This document shows, piece after piece, positions 49,692 to 58,367 of a DNA stretch of 64,000 nucleotides (position 1 is the first letter of the stretch; each line of letters starts with the position of its first letter). A model generated the notes under the pieces. It did not search any database and was not told where the DNA came from. It worked only from the letters and a program-made list of their open reading frames with translations. This stretch comes from an uncultured Thermoplasmata archaeon (lineage in GTDB: Archaea; Thermoplasmatota; Thermoplasmata; Halarchaeoplasmatales; Halarchaeoplasmataceae): assembly GCA_964433785.1 (NCBI GenBank), contig CAYSTL010000001.1, positions 28,324 through 92,323 on the forward strand, given 5' to 3'. Both the position numbers and the translations under genes were made by a program.

Positions 49692-50446
49692 AATATCACT
49701 CCAAATATAGTTACAGTTATACTTACTGCGGTGAGGTTAACAGTCGATTTTGAGATATAATTCTTTCGTTCAAGCGTAGCTCCCAATAAACTGTCTATCT
49801 GGCAGCTCATAAATCCAAATAGGATACCTAATAAAGCTATTGAGAACGAAAAGGGTTTCCCATTCAATAACGTGAAAATTCCATAAGCAATTAGAAATAT
49901 ATATGCTGAGCCGATGAATGACCAGATCTCTCCATATAAGGAAATACCACCATTCACACCTGGTTTAACTCTTTTAAGGTTGGTTATCAAATAAGTTTTA
50001 TCGGATAAAAGACCCATCTCTGAAGCAAATGTATCCGCTGCTGCAGCGGCGACTCCCGTTATAAAAAGTATCAAAGCTAGGTCATCGGAGATCACACCAA
50101 AACTGATCAAATTACCTGGATTTCTTAAAAGAGCGATCATTACGGGAATAATACCATTCCCTAAAACGTTGATACCGCTCCTCTCCCCACCTTTGCCCTC
50201 TTGAACTCCTCTGCTAACTTTATATTTGAATTTGTACTTGGTAGCGATATACGCACTAAAAAGAAATATCAACAATAGTAAGATCCATAATAAACCACCC
50301 TCGACACCTATAATTATACCTAGTACTAAAGCTGTTAGGGCCCCACTCTTATTAAGCATCCCTCTTCTATATGTGATCACTGCGAGGATAGAGCAGATAC
50401 CAATAATCAGTCCTATATCTAGAATATTCATTCTAAAATTTAACAA
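49673..50446 (-). CDS. DUF92/TIGR00297-family integral membrane protein
   Basis: 257 aa, polytopic. GGISLYGE and SLLGATLE motifs. 19-nt overlap with apgM. Confidence 0.6.
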   Translation of the reverse strand: MLNFRMNILDIGLIIGICSILAVITYRRGMLNKSGALTALVLGIIIGVEGGLLWILLLLIFLFSAYIATKYKFKYKVSRGVQEGKGGERSGINVLGNGIIPVMIALLRNPGNLISFGVISDDLALILFITGVAAAAADTFASEMGLLSDKTYLITNLKRVKPGVNGGISLYGEIWSFIGSAYIFLIAYGIFTLLNGKPFSFSIALLGILFGFMSCQIDSLLGATLERKNYISKSTVNLTAVSITVTIFGVILWMIKF

Positions 50447-50486
50447 AAGGGGAGAATATAAAAGTTATGATTTATTTCAGGGTTAT

Positions 50487-51101
50487 ATGGAAGATGCACA
50501 CAGAGCCGCCAGGACTTTCGACTCTATAGCAGATCATTTTGATAAAACTCGTAACAGACCTTGGAAGGAGGTAGTAGAGTTCCTGGAAAAAACGTCAGGA
50601 AGAACCATTGATATCGGTTGTGGAAATGGAAGGCACTCTGAAATAGCTCTTGAAAAAAAACATGAAATAGTCTGCTTAGATGCCTCTCTTAATCTATTGG
50701 AGATTGCTAGAGAGAAATTAGGAAAAAAAGCTGAATTCGTGCGATCAGGCATCAAAAAAATGCCTTTCAGAGAAGATTCTTTTGATAATGCTGTTTACAT
50801 CGCAGCTATCCATCATCTCAAAAAAGGGGGAGTAGAAAGTCTAGAGGAGACAAAAAGAATATTGAAATCAGGTGGAAAATTAATAGTTTCCTCATGGGCA
50901 AGAGAACAGGATAGGTGGGATCTGGAGGAAGACGAGCAGGACGTGATAGTCCCTTGGACCAGAGAGGATGGTGAGGTGATCGAAAGATTTTATCATCTTT
51001 ACAGGTTGGAAGAGTTAAAAGATGATGTAAAAAAGTCTGGTTTTAGGATTATAGAATCCTTTTATTCTAAAGGAAACAACTACGTGATAGCTGAAAAATG
51101 A
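50487..51101 (+). CDS. class I SAM-dependent methyltransferase
   Basis: Start taken at MEDAHR; the upstream part of the track ORF is antisense to the DUF92 gene. Motif I IDIGCGNGRH. Methyltransf_11-like. Confidence 0.8.
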   Translation: MEDAHRAARTFDSIADHFDKTRNRPWKEVVEFLEKTSGRTIDIGCGNGRHSEIALEKKHEIVCLDASLNLLEIAREKLGKKAEFVRSGIKKMPFREDSFDNAVYIAAIHHLKKGGVESLEETKRILKSGGKLIVSSWAREQDRWDLEEDEQDVIVPWTREDGEVIERFYHLYRLEELKDDVKKSGFRIIESFYSKGNNYVIAEK

Positions 51102-51132
51102 CGTATCTGGATTTCTCGTCACCATTAAAAAA

Positions 51133-51141
51133 CTTAAATAG
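51133..51141 (+). promoter_or_regulatory. candidate TATA box for the SRP RNA
   Basis: CTTAAATAG lies about 21-29 nt upstream of 51162. Confidence 0.3.
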
Positions 51142-51161
51142 TAGATTGAATTAGTGCTTGT

Positions 51162-51473
51162 TGCTAGGTCTAACCGGGGCGGTCGGCGTGCCCTTATACA
51201 CCGAAAGCGTCGATACGCGGGGGTGACGACCAGGGACGGTGTAATCAGCCCGTTGATGAGCCGGACCCAGACGATGAGACCTCGTCCTTCGGGATCAGAG
51301 GTCCATGGTGGGACAACCGGAGGGTTGTCTGCCATGGTTTGCCGTGCTGACCAGGCCAGGCCCGGAAGGGAGCAGCTGACGCATGGACTCCTGATGCTCG
51401 ATGGGTAGCGGGGTCGAGGATGGGTCTGGAGTTACTCACCAACGTGCTGAACACCAACCCTGGCGACCTAGCA
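51162..51473 (+). ncRNA. ffs: signal recognition particle RNA (archaeal 7S)
   Basis: 312-nt GC-rich island. The ends TGCTAGGTC and GACCTAGCA pair. Contains the helix-8 motif CAGGCCCGGAAGGGAGCAGC and GGTGGGA. Confidence 0.85.
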
Positions 51474-51476
51474 TAA

Positions 51477-52364
51477 TCATCTATATTTTGCACAGATGTA
51501 AATTCCTATCAACGTTACCGCTGCACCGACTATCGTCAATGTGGGAGGCACTTCTGAAAATATCAAAAAAGCGAATATTGACGATAAAACAGGCTCACTT
51601 ATCAAACTCACTGATACGAAGCTAGCTTTTACATACTTTAATGCCCAGTTATACAGGGTGTGGCCAAACATAGTTGGGATTATAGCCAATGCTAAAAATA
51701 TAATGTACTCGCGGGGTGCATATATTTTAAAGGTCGTAGAAAATAGTATTGAAAAAAAGGCCAAAAATAAAGCGCTTGAAGAGTAAACGATAAATGCATA
51801 TGGTATCAACGACATCTTCTTTCTCATCTCTCTACCTCTTATGAGGTATCCTGCCACAGCAAGCATCCCTATCAGAGCTAAAACATCTCCAAATAAGGCT
51901 AATCTACCGACTGTATAATCGGAAAAGGTCATTATTACAATTCCAAACATTGCAATTATTATTCCAAAAATAGCTATTTTAGTGGTTTTTTCATTCAGAT
52001 ACCAGCTTGAAATCCATGCAACTATCAAGGGATGAGCGGACACCAAAACTACAGAAGAAGCAACAGTAGTATATTTAAGTGACGCAAACCATGCACTGAA
52101 ATGAACAGCTAAAAATAATCCCGTTGTTAAAAGTATGATAATATCTCTTTTACTTATCGATCTTATTTCTTCTATATATTTAGGGATGAATAGAAGTAAT
52201 ATCAAGGAAGCAAATAACATCCTATAAAACGCTATGGCTATCGGATGTGAATCTGAAAACCTTATGAATATTGCTGCGAATGAAACAGATATCATCGCTA
52301 TCGGTATTATTATCTTACTAGCTTTTTGTTCGATCGAAGAATTCGTTAGAAATTCGCTTACCAT
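51477..52364 (-). CDS. EamA/DMT-family transporter
   Basis: 295 aa, 10 predicted TM helices in two EamA-like halves. Confidence 0.8.
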   Translation of the reverse strand: MVSEFLTNSSIEQKASKIIIPIAMISVSFAAIFIRFSDSHPIAIAFYRMLFASLILLLFIPKYIEEIRSISKRDIIILLTTGLFLAVHFSAWFASLKYTTVASSVVLVSAHPLIVAWISSWYLNEKTTKIAIFGIIIAMFGIVIMTFSDYTVGRLALFGDVLALIGMLAVAGYLIRGREMRKKMSLIPYAFIVYSSSALFLAFFSILFSTTFKIYAPREYIIFLALAIIPTMFGHTLYNWALKYVKASFVSVSLISEPVLSSIFAFLIFSEVPPTLTIVGAAVTLIGIYICAKYR

Positions 52365-52583
52365 CTACAAGTAAAATAATTATCTGATTTATGTATCTTT
52401 TCTATGATCAATAAAAGGATTAATTAAAAAACATAACCAAAAGAAATATAAAATCAACAGATTTTATGTAAAATTAACGTAACACATATAAGGGTGAAAC
52501 AGTTGCTTGTATAAAATCGATAAAACCCTAGATTTAGCAACATTTAGTTTATTAGTTTGAGAGGAGACCAAGGGTAAGATAAA

Positions 52584-54185
52584 ATGAATGATGATTTAAG
52601 TAAAGAGGTACTTGAAGAGAACAAGAACAAGATAAAAAACCTACATGAGGCTGCTGTTAAGCTTGAAAATATGCACGATAAAGATGAGGTCTATCAATTT
52701 TCCATAGAAACCGCAGAGAATATATTGAATTTCTATATGAGCACTATTTTGATCGAAGGTGAAGGTGGGTTGGTAGTAAGATCTTCCCATAGTAAAGGTA
52801 TAGAAAAGGGGGCTGTATTAGATAAAGAGGATGGAATATATGGCTTAACATATATGAATGAAGAATCCTATCTGATCAACGATTTGGATGAGTTCCCTGA
52901 AGCAGCACCATATAATTCTGACTTCAATTCTGTGATAAGTGTTCCTATAGGTGATTACGGTGTGTTTCAGGTCATCTCGGTTGAGAAAGACTATTTTAAC
53001 GAATATGAGTTAGAGATGGCTAAGATATTAGTGAAGCATATCGAAGAAGCAGTTAAAAGGATCGAATTTGAAAATGAATTGAAAAAGAGAGAGGAAAGAT
53101 ATCGTTTGATAACTGAAAATTCAAATGATATGATATCTCTTATAAATAAGAAAGGAGAAATAATCTTTGCTAACGAAGCTCACGAAAGAATATTAGGATA
53201 TTCAAAAGATGAATTAGAAGGTAAAGAAACAATAGAGCTGATACACCCAAATTTTAAGGATAAAGTTGAATGCGAAGTAGATAAATTAATAGATAAATCT
53301 CAAAAAAGGAATATTGAAGCTAAGATAAAATGTAAAGACGGAGAATATATATGGATAGAAAGTAACATACATTTTTTTGATGAAAAACAAACCCCAGAAC
53401 AATTTGTCATCGTTTCAAGAGATATAACTAAAAGGAAAAAAGCCGAGAAAAAACTGAGAGAGGCTGAGAAATTATACAAAAACATATTCGAGAATACTGG
53501 TAACCCTACATTAATTGTGGAAGATGATATGACGATTTCATTAGTAAACAAAGAATTCACAAAATTGACTGGTTATGAGAAAGAAGAAGTCGAAAATAAA
53601 ATGGATCTTTCCGACTTTATAATTGAAGAGGATCTCAAAAAAATCAAAGAATATCATCAAGATAGAAGGGATGATCCAGATTCTACTCCTTCCGAATATT
53701 CGTTCAGGATAATCAACAAATTTGGTCATCCTTTAGATGTATACTGTAAAGTAGGTCTTATCCCTAATTCTACTAAAAGGATCACTTCCATCATAGATGT
53801 AAGCAAATATAGAGAGACCATGCAGGAACTGAGAAAGTGTCAGGAAACTTTTAGAGTGATTTTTGAAAATATGCCTTATGATATGATCTTGTTAGATTCT
53901 GACCTCAATATAATAGAGGTCAATCCAAAACTACTAGATATACTACGATATAATGAAGGCGAGCTAAGTGGTCAAAGTATCCTCGATATTTTGACATCAA
54001 AATCAGAACATAAACTGAAGGAAAATAAAGAAAACCTTCAGGAGAATAGATCAGATACTGAAAAGCAGAAAATAAAGATATTCAATAATGATGACGAAAC
54101 GGTAGATTTTACATTGACTATGAGCGTGGTTTTAGATACCCAAGATGAACCGATATATTTCATATGTGATGTACAAAAAGAATAG
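52584..54185 (+). CDS. GAF-like plus multi-PAS sensor protein without recognisable output domain
   Basis: 533 aa with a GAGGAG RBS. PAS-like blocks begin at ERYRLITENSNDMISL, LYKNIFENTGNPTLIV and FRVIFENMPYDMILLD. No HisKA/HATPase or HTH seen. Confidence 0.65.
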   Translation: MNDDLSKEVLEENKNKIKNLHEAAVKLENMHDKDEVYQFSIETAENILNFYMSTILIEGEGGLVVRSSHSKGIEKGAVLDKEDGIYGLTYMNEESYLINDLDEFPEAAPYNSDFNSVISVPIGDYGVFQVISVEKDYFNEYELEMAKILVKHIEEAVKRIEFENELKKREERYRLITENSNDMISLINKKGEIIFANEAHERILGYSKDELEGKETIELIHPNFKDKVECEVDKLIDKSQKRNIEAKIKCKDGEYIWIESNIHFFDEKQTPEQFVIVSRDITKRKKAEKKLREAEKLYKNIFENTGNPTLIVEDDMTISLVNKEFTKLTGYEKEEVENKMDLSDFIIEEDLKKIKEYHQDRRDDPDSTPSEYSFRIINKFGHPLDVYCKVGLIPNSTKRITSIIDVSKYRETMQELRKCQETFRVIFENMPYDMILLDSDLNIIEVNPKLLDILRYNEGELSGQSILDILTSKSEHKLKENKENLQENRSDTEKQKIKIFNNDDETVDFTLTMSVVLDTQDEPIYFICDVQKE

Positions 54186-54260
54186 TTAAATCGAGTTACA
54201 AGCAAAATATTTATTAATTAAACCATGTAATACCTCTCCCGATACGAAGTAATCAATCGA

Positions 54261-54404
54261 GGAATAATTATGAACACCCTCAGAATTCACATACGCTCAT
54301 TCTTGCGGGTGTAAATCGGAATAAAATTCCTTACACTCCTCATTCACACTGCGGGTGTAAGCAGAATGTAATTCTGCCCACCCTCATTCACACTGCGGGT
54401 GTAG
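54261..54404 (+). repeat. three tandem ~45-bp units duplicating the AT-rich promoter-like element, leader and first 10 nt of tRNA-Gly
   Basis: The 22-nt CCTCATTCACACTGCGGGTGTA is perfect at 54338-54359 and 54382-54403. A degenerate first copy ends at 54314. Units align as GGAATAA..CAC.CCTCA..TGCGGGTGTA. Confidence 0.85.
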
Positions 54405-54467
54405 TGTAGTTTGGTATCACCTAGCCTTGCCAAGGCTAAAACCTGGGTTCAAATCCCGGTACCCGCA
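54395..54467 (+). tRNA. tRNA-Gly (anticodon GCC)
   Basis: Cloverleaf: GCGGGTG/TACCCGC acceptor, TAGCC-TTGCCAA-GGCTA anticodon arm, CTGGG-TTCAAAT-CCCGG T-arm, discriminator A. Confidence 0.9.
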
Positions 54468-54480
54468 CTTTTCTTTTTTT
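54468..54480 (+). terminator. oligo-T terminator after tRNA-Gly
   Basis: CTTTTCTTTTTTT lies immediately 3' of the tRNA. Confidence 0.4.
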
Positions 54481-54604
54481 AAAAACTCATCTTATTTCAA
54501 TATATTATATCTTTAAATTCTTAGATCGATTTAATTTTGCTCGTTGTTTACCTCAATTTTTATATATATCTTAATAAATGTTTAATATAGGGAAATCAGG
54601 AGGT

Positions 54605-55087
54605 ATGATTTTGAAAGACATATCTGAAATGTCTATGAAAGAACTTCTGGAGCAAGGTATTGCTTCAGAGATGAATGCTCAAAAAGTCTATGGAAAAGTG
54701 GCTAAAGAAAATTTCTCCTATGCATTACATGATAAATTGAATTTCTTACAAAAACAGGAAAAAAGTCATGAAAAGATGCTTAGAAAACTTTTCAAAAAGA
54801 AATATCCTAATAAAAAACCAGATATACCTGAAAAGGTGTTAAAACCCGCACCAGATATAGATCTAAAGAGTGAATCCATAGGGGAGTTATTTAAAGAAGC
54901 TATGGAATCTGAAAAGGAATCCATGGAATTCTACGAACATTTAGCAGATAGAGTAGAAGATGAAAAGATCAAGAAGACTGCGAAGTACTTTGCTCACATG
55001 GAAGAAGGTCATTATAAGATACTTAAACACGAATTAGACTCGATGAAGAAATTTGGAGGAAGTTGGGGAGAAGTCAGAGCATTTTAA
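54605..55087 (+). CDS. rubrerythrin/ferritin-like diiron protein
   Basis: Start at the ATG preceded by AGGAGG. Two E...ExxH pairs (ASEMNA...QEKSHEKM and ESEKES...MEEGHYKI). Confidence 0.7.
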   Translation: MILKDISEMSMKELLEQGIASEMNAQKVYGKVAKENFSYALHDKLNFLQKQEKSHEKMLRKLFKKKYPNKKPDIPEKVLKPAPDIDLKSESIGELFKEAMESEKESMEFYEHLADRVEDEKIKKTAKYFAHMEEGHYKILKHELDSMKKFGGSWGEVRAF

Positions 55088-55179
55088 AAACTATTAATCC
55101 ACTTCTTTTTTTTTATTATGATAAAAAGAATAGTAAAAGATTACAAAATATTTAAATAGGATATCACACCGTTATTTCT

Positions 55180-55320
55180 ATGCGTGGTATAATGTTGGGA
55201 AAAATAAGAAACTTTTATAAAGGGGCATTTGATTACGACTCACCCTCAGCAGGGTCCGGTTGCAGTAGTATCGGAGCCGATCCTAAAATAATAAAAGAAT
55301 ATAAAAGGAAGAAAAAATAG
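55180..55320 (+). CDS. possible leaderless 46-aa ORF upstream of cstA
   Basis: TTTAAATA lies about 25 nt upstream of the ATG. Reads MRGIMLGKIRNFYKGAFDYDSPSAGSGCSSIGADPKIIKEYKRKKK-stop. No homology recognised. Confidence 0.2.
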   Translation: MRGIMLGKIRNFYKGAFDYDSPSAGSGCSSIGADPKIIKEYKRKKK

Positions 55321-55481
55321 ATGTAAATTATATCTTTTTTAACTCTTCTATTTAGATTATTTATAATTTATATAGGCGAATATACACTTTAACATATTTA
55401 TATATATTATATAATTAATCTCCTAATTATAAAACAAAACTTTTATATCCTTCCTATCCATAATTAATCTCAGGGATTAAA

Positions 55482-57236
55482 ATGTATATGAACGGCATTA
55501 TCCTGATGCTTTTTGCTTTTGTAATGTTCGTACTAGCATACAGATTCTACGGAAAATTCTTAGCAAACAAAATTTTTAAAATAGATCCAAGCAGAACACC
55601 ACCTTCCAAGGAATTCGAAGATGGTATTGAATACGTCCCCACAAACAAAGAAGTTGTTCTTGGACACCATTTCACATCTATCGCTGGTGCAGCACCTATT
55701 GTTGGACCAACACTAGCAGTGATCTGGGGATGGGCCCCAGCTATACTTTGGATCGTCTTCGGTACTATCCTGATGGGCGCTGTACACGATTTCGGTACTT
55801 TGGTTATTTCACTACGAGAAAGGGGAAGGTCAATTGGTGATTTCATAGCAGACGTCATCGGACCAGAAGCTAGGTCTTTGATGATGGTAGTAACATTCTT
55901 CCTACTCGCCCTAGTAGGAGCTGTTTTCGCGATAGTGATCGGAATACTATTCGATCTATACCCAGAAGCAGTCATACCTATCTGGACTGAGATGGTATTG
56001 GCGGTGATCGCAGGAATTGCGATGTACAAATATAACGTGAACCATTATGTTGCCGGACTAGGTGCTCTAGCAGCTATGATAGTTACGATAATAATCGGAG
56101 TTAACTACCCTATAGCTATGCCTTCGACGACATTCATCGGTTCAAGTGTTGATACATGGATCGTAATAGTGGCAATCTACGGATTCTTTGCTTCTATTCT
56201 CCCAGTATGGACACTACTACAACCAAGAGACTTTATCAATGCGCACGAGTTATATTTCCTATTGGGACTGTTCTTCATAGGACTGATAGGATCAGCGTTA
56301 GTATCTGGTGCACATGCTGAAGTTGTTGCTCCTGCATATCGGGCAAGCAGTGAAACTGGAGCGCCACCGTTCTATCCGTTCCTGTTCATAACGATAGCGT
56401 GTGGGGCTATATCCGGGTTCCACTCGCTTGTGGCTAGTGGTACAACACCTAAACAGCTCGAGAGCGAAGAAGATGCTCCACTAGTAGGATATGGTGGAAT
56501 GCTTCTAGAAGGTATTCTAGCAACAGCAGCTGTTTGTGCAGCTACAGTTGGTTTCGCATCAAGAAGTGAATGGCTTTCCCATTACGCAGCTTGGGGTCAA
56601 GCTAGCGGACTTGGAGCAAAAGTAGCTGCTTTCGTTAACGGTGCAGCATACTTAACTGAAAGCATAGGATTACCCGAAAAGTACGGATTTGGGTTCTTTG
56701 CTGTACTTGTGGTCAGCTTCGCTATGACAACATTCGATACTACTGTAAGGTTAGAAAGATATGTCATAGGGGAGATCGGTGAAGCATATAACTTCAAAGC
56801 AATCTCTAACAGATATCTCGGAACGATAATAGCTGTTGTAGTGATGACTTTCTTAGCACTACAAGAATACGCTGGAGCTGCAGCAGGATTGGTATTATGG
56901 CCAGTATTCGGTGCAACAAATCAGATACTAGCTGCCTTAGCTCTCTTGACTATAAGTGTCTGGTTATACAAAAGGAAAAGGAACATGGTATATACGTTAA
57001 TACCGATGATATTCATGGTTATTACAGCTGGAAGTGCGATGTTGTATAACCTGATCGAAAACTGGATACCCAATTGGGATACAGCGGGAACGATATCCTT
57101 AGTGATAATCGGTTCAGTGATAGTCATCTGTATGGTAGGATTGGTAATACTGGCGATCAGAGCTTTCCAGAGAATAAGGAAGGGAGAAGCATTGGAAGAA
57201 GAGGAAGAAGAAACAGAGGCAATCGAAGAAGAGTAA
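55482..57236 (+). CDS. cstA: carbon starvation protein A family transporter
   Basis: 584 aa. GHHFTSIAGAAPIVGP and ISGFHSLVASGTTPKQ motifs. Acidic C-terminal tail. Confidence 0.9.
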   Translation: MYMNGIILMLFAFVMFVLAYRFYGKFLANKIFKIDPSRTPPSKEFEDGIEYVPTNKEVVLGHHFTSIAGAAPIVGPTLAVIWGWAPAILWIVFGTILMGAVHDFGTLVISLRERGRSIGDFIADVIGPEARSLMMVVTFFLLALVGAVFAIVIGILFDLYPEAVIPIWTEMVLAVIAGIAMYKYNVNHYVAGLGALAAMIVTIIIGVNYPIAMPSTTFIGSSVDTWIVIVAIYGFFASILPVWTLLQPRDFINAHELYFLLGLFFIGLIGSALVSGAHAEVVAPAYRASSETGAPPFYPFLFITIACGAISGFHSLVASGTTPKQLESEEDAPLVGYGGMLLEGILATAAVCAATVGFASRSEWLSHYAAWGQASGLGAKVAAFVNGAAYLTESIGLPEKYGFGFFAVLVVSFAMTTFDTTVRLERYVIGEIGEAYNFKAISNRYLGTIIAVVVMTFLALQEYAGAAAGLVLWPVFGATNQILAALALLTISVWLYKRKRNMVYTLIPMIFMVITAGSAMLYNLIENWIPNWDTAGTISLVIIGSVIVICMVGLVILAIRAFQRIRKGEALEEEEEETEAIEEE

Positions 57237-57284
57237 AAACCTATAAAACCCTTTAACTCTTTTATTTTAATTGGATGTTCTATT

Positions 57285-57623
57285 ATGGATGATGAGAAAA
57301 AAGAAGTCGAGAAAAATGAAGATGAGGACCGAACATCGTCCCAATCATCAATCGAGGATACCTCTAAAGATCAACATGAAGAAGTAGAGAAAACTGAAGA
57401 CGATAAAGATGAAGAAAAGGGTGGCTTAAGGTTCGCACCTTGGATAGGTGCTGGATTTGGCCTAATAGCTTCTGGTTATCTGGCAAAATATTTTCTTGAT
57501 TTATTCAAATCGATGAAAGTGAATATATCTCCAAATGTCGGTAACATATTCATTACTTTAGGGATTATCGTTCTACTGGTAACACTTACAGCAGAGATAT
57601 TTACTGCAGTTAAAGAAGATTGA
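57285..57623 (+). CDS. hypothetical membrane protein with acidic N-terminal region and two TM helices
   Basis: 112 aa. D/E/K-rich first 45 aa, then two hydrophobic helices. Confidence 0.4.
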   Translation: MDDEKKEVEKNEDEDRTSSQSSIEDTSKDQHEEVEKTEDDKDEEKGGLRFAPWIGAGFGLIASGYLAKYFLDLFKSMKVNISPNVGNIFITLGIIVLLVTLTAEIFTAVKED

Positions 57624-57629
57624 ACTGAT

Positions 57630-57839
57630 TCATCCCCTTAACCTAAGATATCCTGATATTACTCCGAATATCACTGCAATCACAACCATTATTTTAACGA
57701 TCAGAGAAAAGCTATTATTCTGATAGTAGAGAAAGATGGCTACCAAAATGAACAGTAGTGACAGTAAATTCATAAAAGTCCGAGATAAATATTTCTTATC
57801 CATATTATTTCCCAATGGTTTATAGATTAATAGATACAT
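57630..57839 (-). CDS. hypothetical small two-TM membrane protein
   Basis: 69 aa, two hydrophobic helices. Confidence 0.35.
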   Translation of the reverse strand: MYLLIYKPLGNNMDKKYLSRTFMNLLSLLFILVAIFLYYQNNSFSLIVKIMVVIAVIFGVISGYLRLRG

Positions 57840-57913
57840 AAAAGTTGAGGTTGGTAAAGGTTAAAATAATAGAAAAACCAAATATATATTTAAAAGGTAA
57901 GCTGGTGAGCCTT

Positions 57914-58072
57914 ATGAAAAATATTAAAGAAAAATTAGAAGAAAAGACAAATGAAGATCTAATAAAGATGGCAAAACTTAAGGGTATTAAAAACTATGAT
58001 GATATGGATAGAAAAGAATTGATCAAAAAGTTGGTCGATCAATATGAAAAAAATTATAGCACCACATGTTAG
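57914..58072 (+). CDS. small protein with Rho-N/SAP-like helix-extended-helix motif
   Basis: 52 aa from the internal ATG. EDLIKMAKLKGIKNYDDMDRKELIKKLV resembles the Rho N-terminal/SAP-like motif. Confidence 0.4.
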   Translation: MKNIKEKLEEKTNEDLIKMAKLKGIKNYDDMDRKELIKKLVDQYEKNYSTTC

Positions 58073-58088
58073 GTGCCTGGAGGTGTAG

Positions 58089-58355
58089 ATGATGATTGAC
58101 GAAATTAAAGATTTTTTTAAATCTAGCTTGGCATACGGTTCGATGAACAAAAAGGATGCCTATGAAGATCAGGATGCATTTTACCTGATGTGTTTTTCAG
58201 ACTTGATAGGTGTACCTAACCCATATTCGTACTATATGGCTGAACTACTTCCATACATCGCTGAAGACCTGCCTTCATGGCAGTGGAGAATAATCCAGGA
58301 TAAGGCTGAATTCCTCGGAGATGCCGAACAAAAATATGATTTCCATACATTCTAG
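58089..58355 (+). CDS. hypothetical 88-aa protein, tightly linked upstream of the ArsA-like ATPase
   Basis: RBS GGAGGTG. Ends 12 nt before the ATPase GTG start. No family recognised. Confidence 0.5.
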   Translation: MMIDEIKDFFKSSLAYGSMNKKDAYEDQDAFYLMCFSDLIGVPNPYSYYMAELLPYIAEDLPSWQWRIIQDKAEFLGDAEQKYDFHTF

Positions 58356-58367
58356 AGGTGTATTGTT

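Noticed and set aside
50226-50486. N-terminal 87-aa extension of the methyltransferase ORF
   Set aside because: It is antisense to the DUF92 membrane-protein gene and has implausible composition. The methyltransferase homology begins at the ATG at 50487.
51162-51473. Possibility that the GC-rich structured RNA is RNase P RNA
   Set aside because: It contains the SRP helix-8 motif CAGGCCCGGAAGGGAGCAGC and pairing termini typical of archaeal 7S RNA. I saw no RNase P conserved regions such as GGAAAGTCCGGGC-type CR-I or ACAGAAA.
51015-51493. Three overlapping ORFs (106, 84 and 82 aa) rich in Arg/Pro/Gly
   Set aside because: They overlap the GC-rich SRP RNA gene on both strands. Stop-free frames are expected in a GC-rich island within an AT-rich genome.
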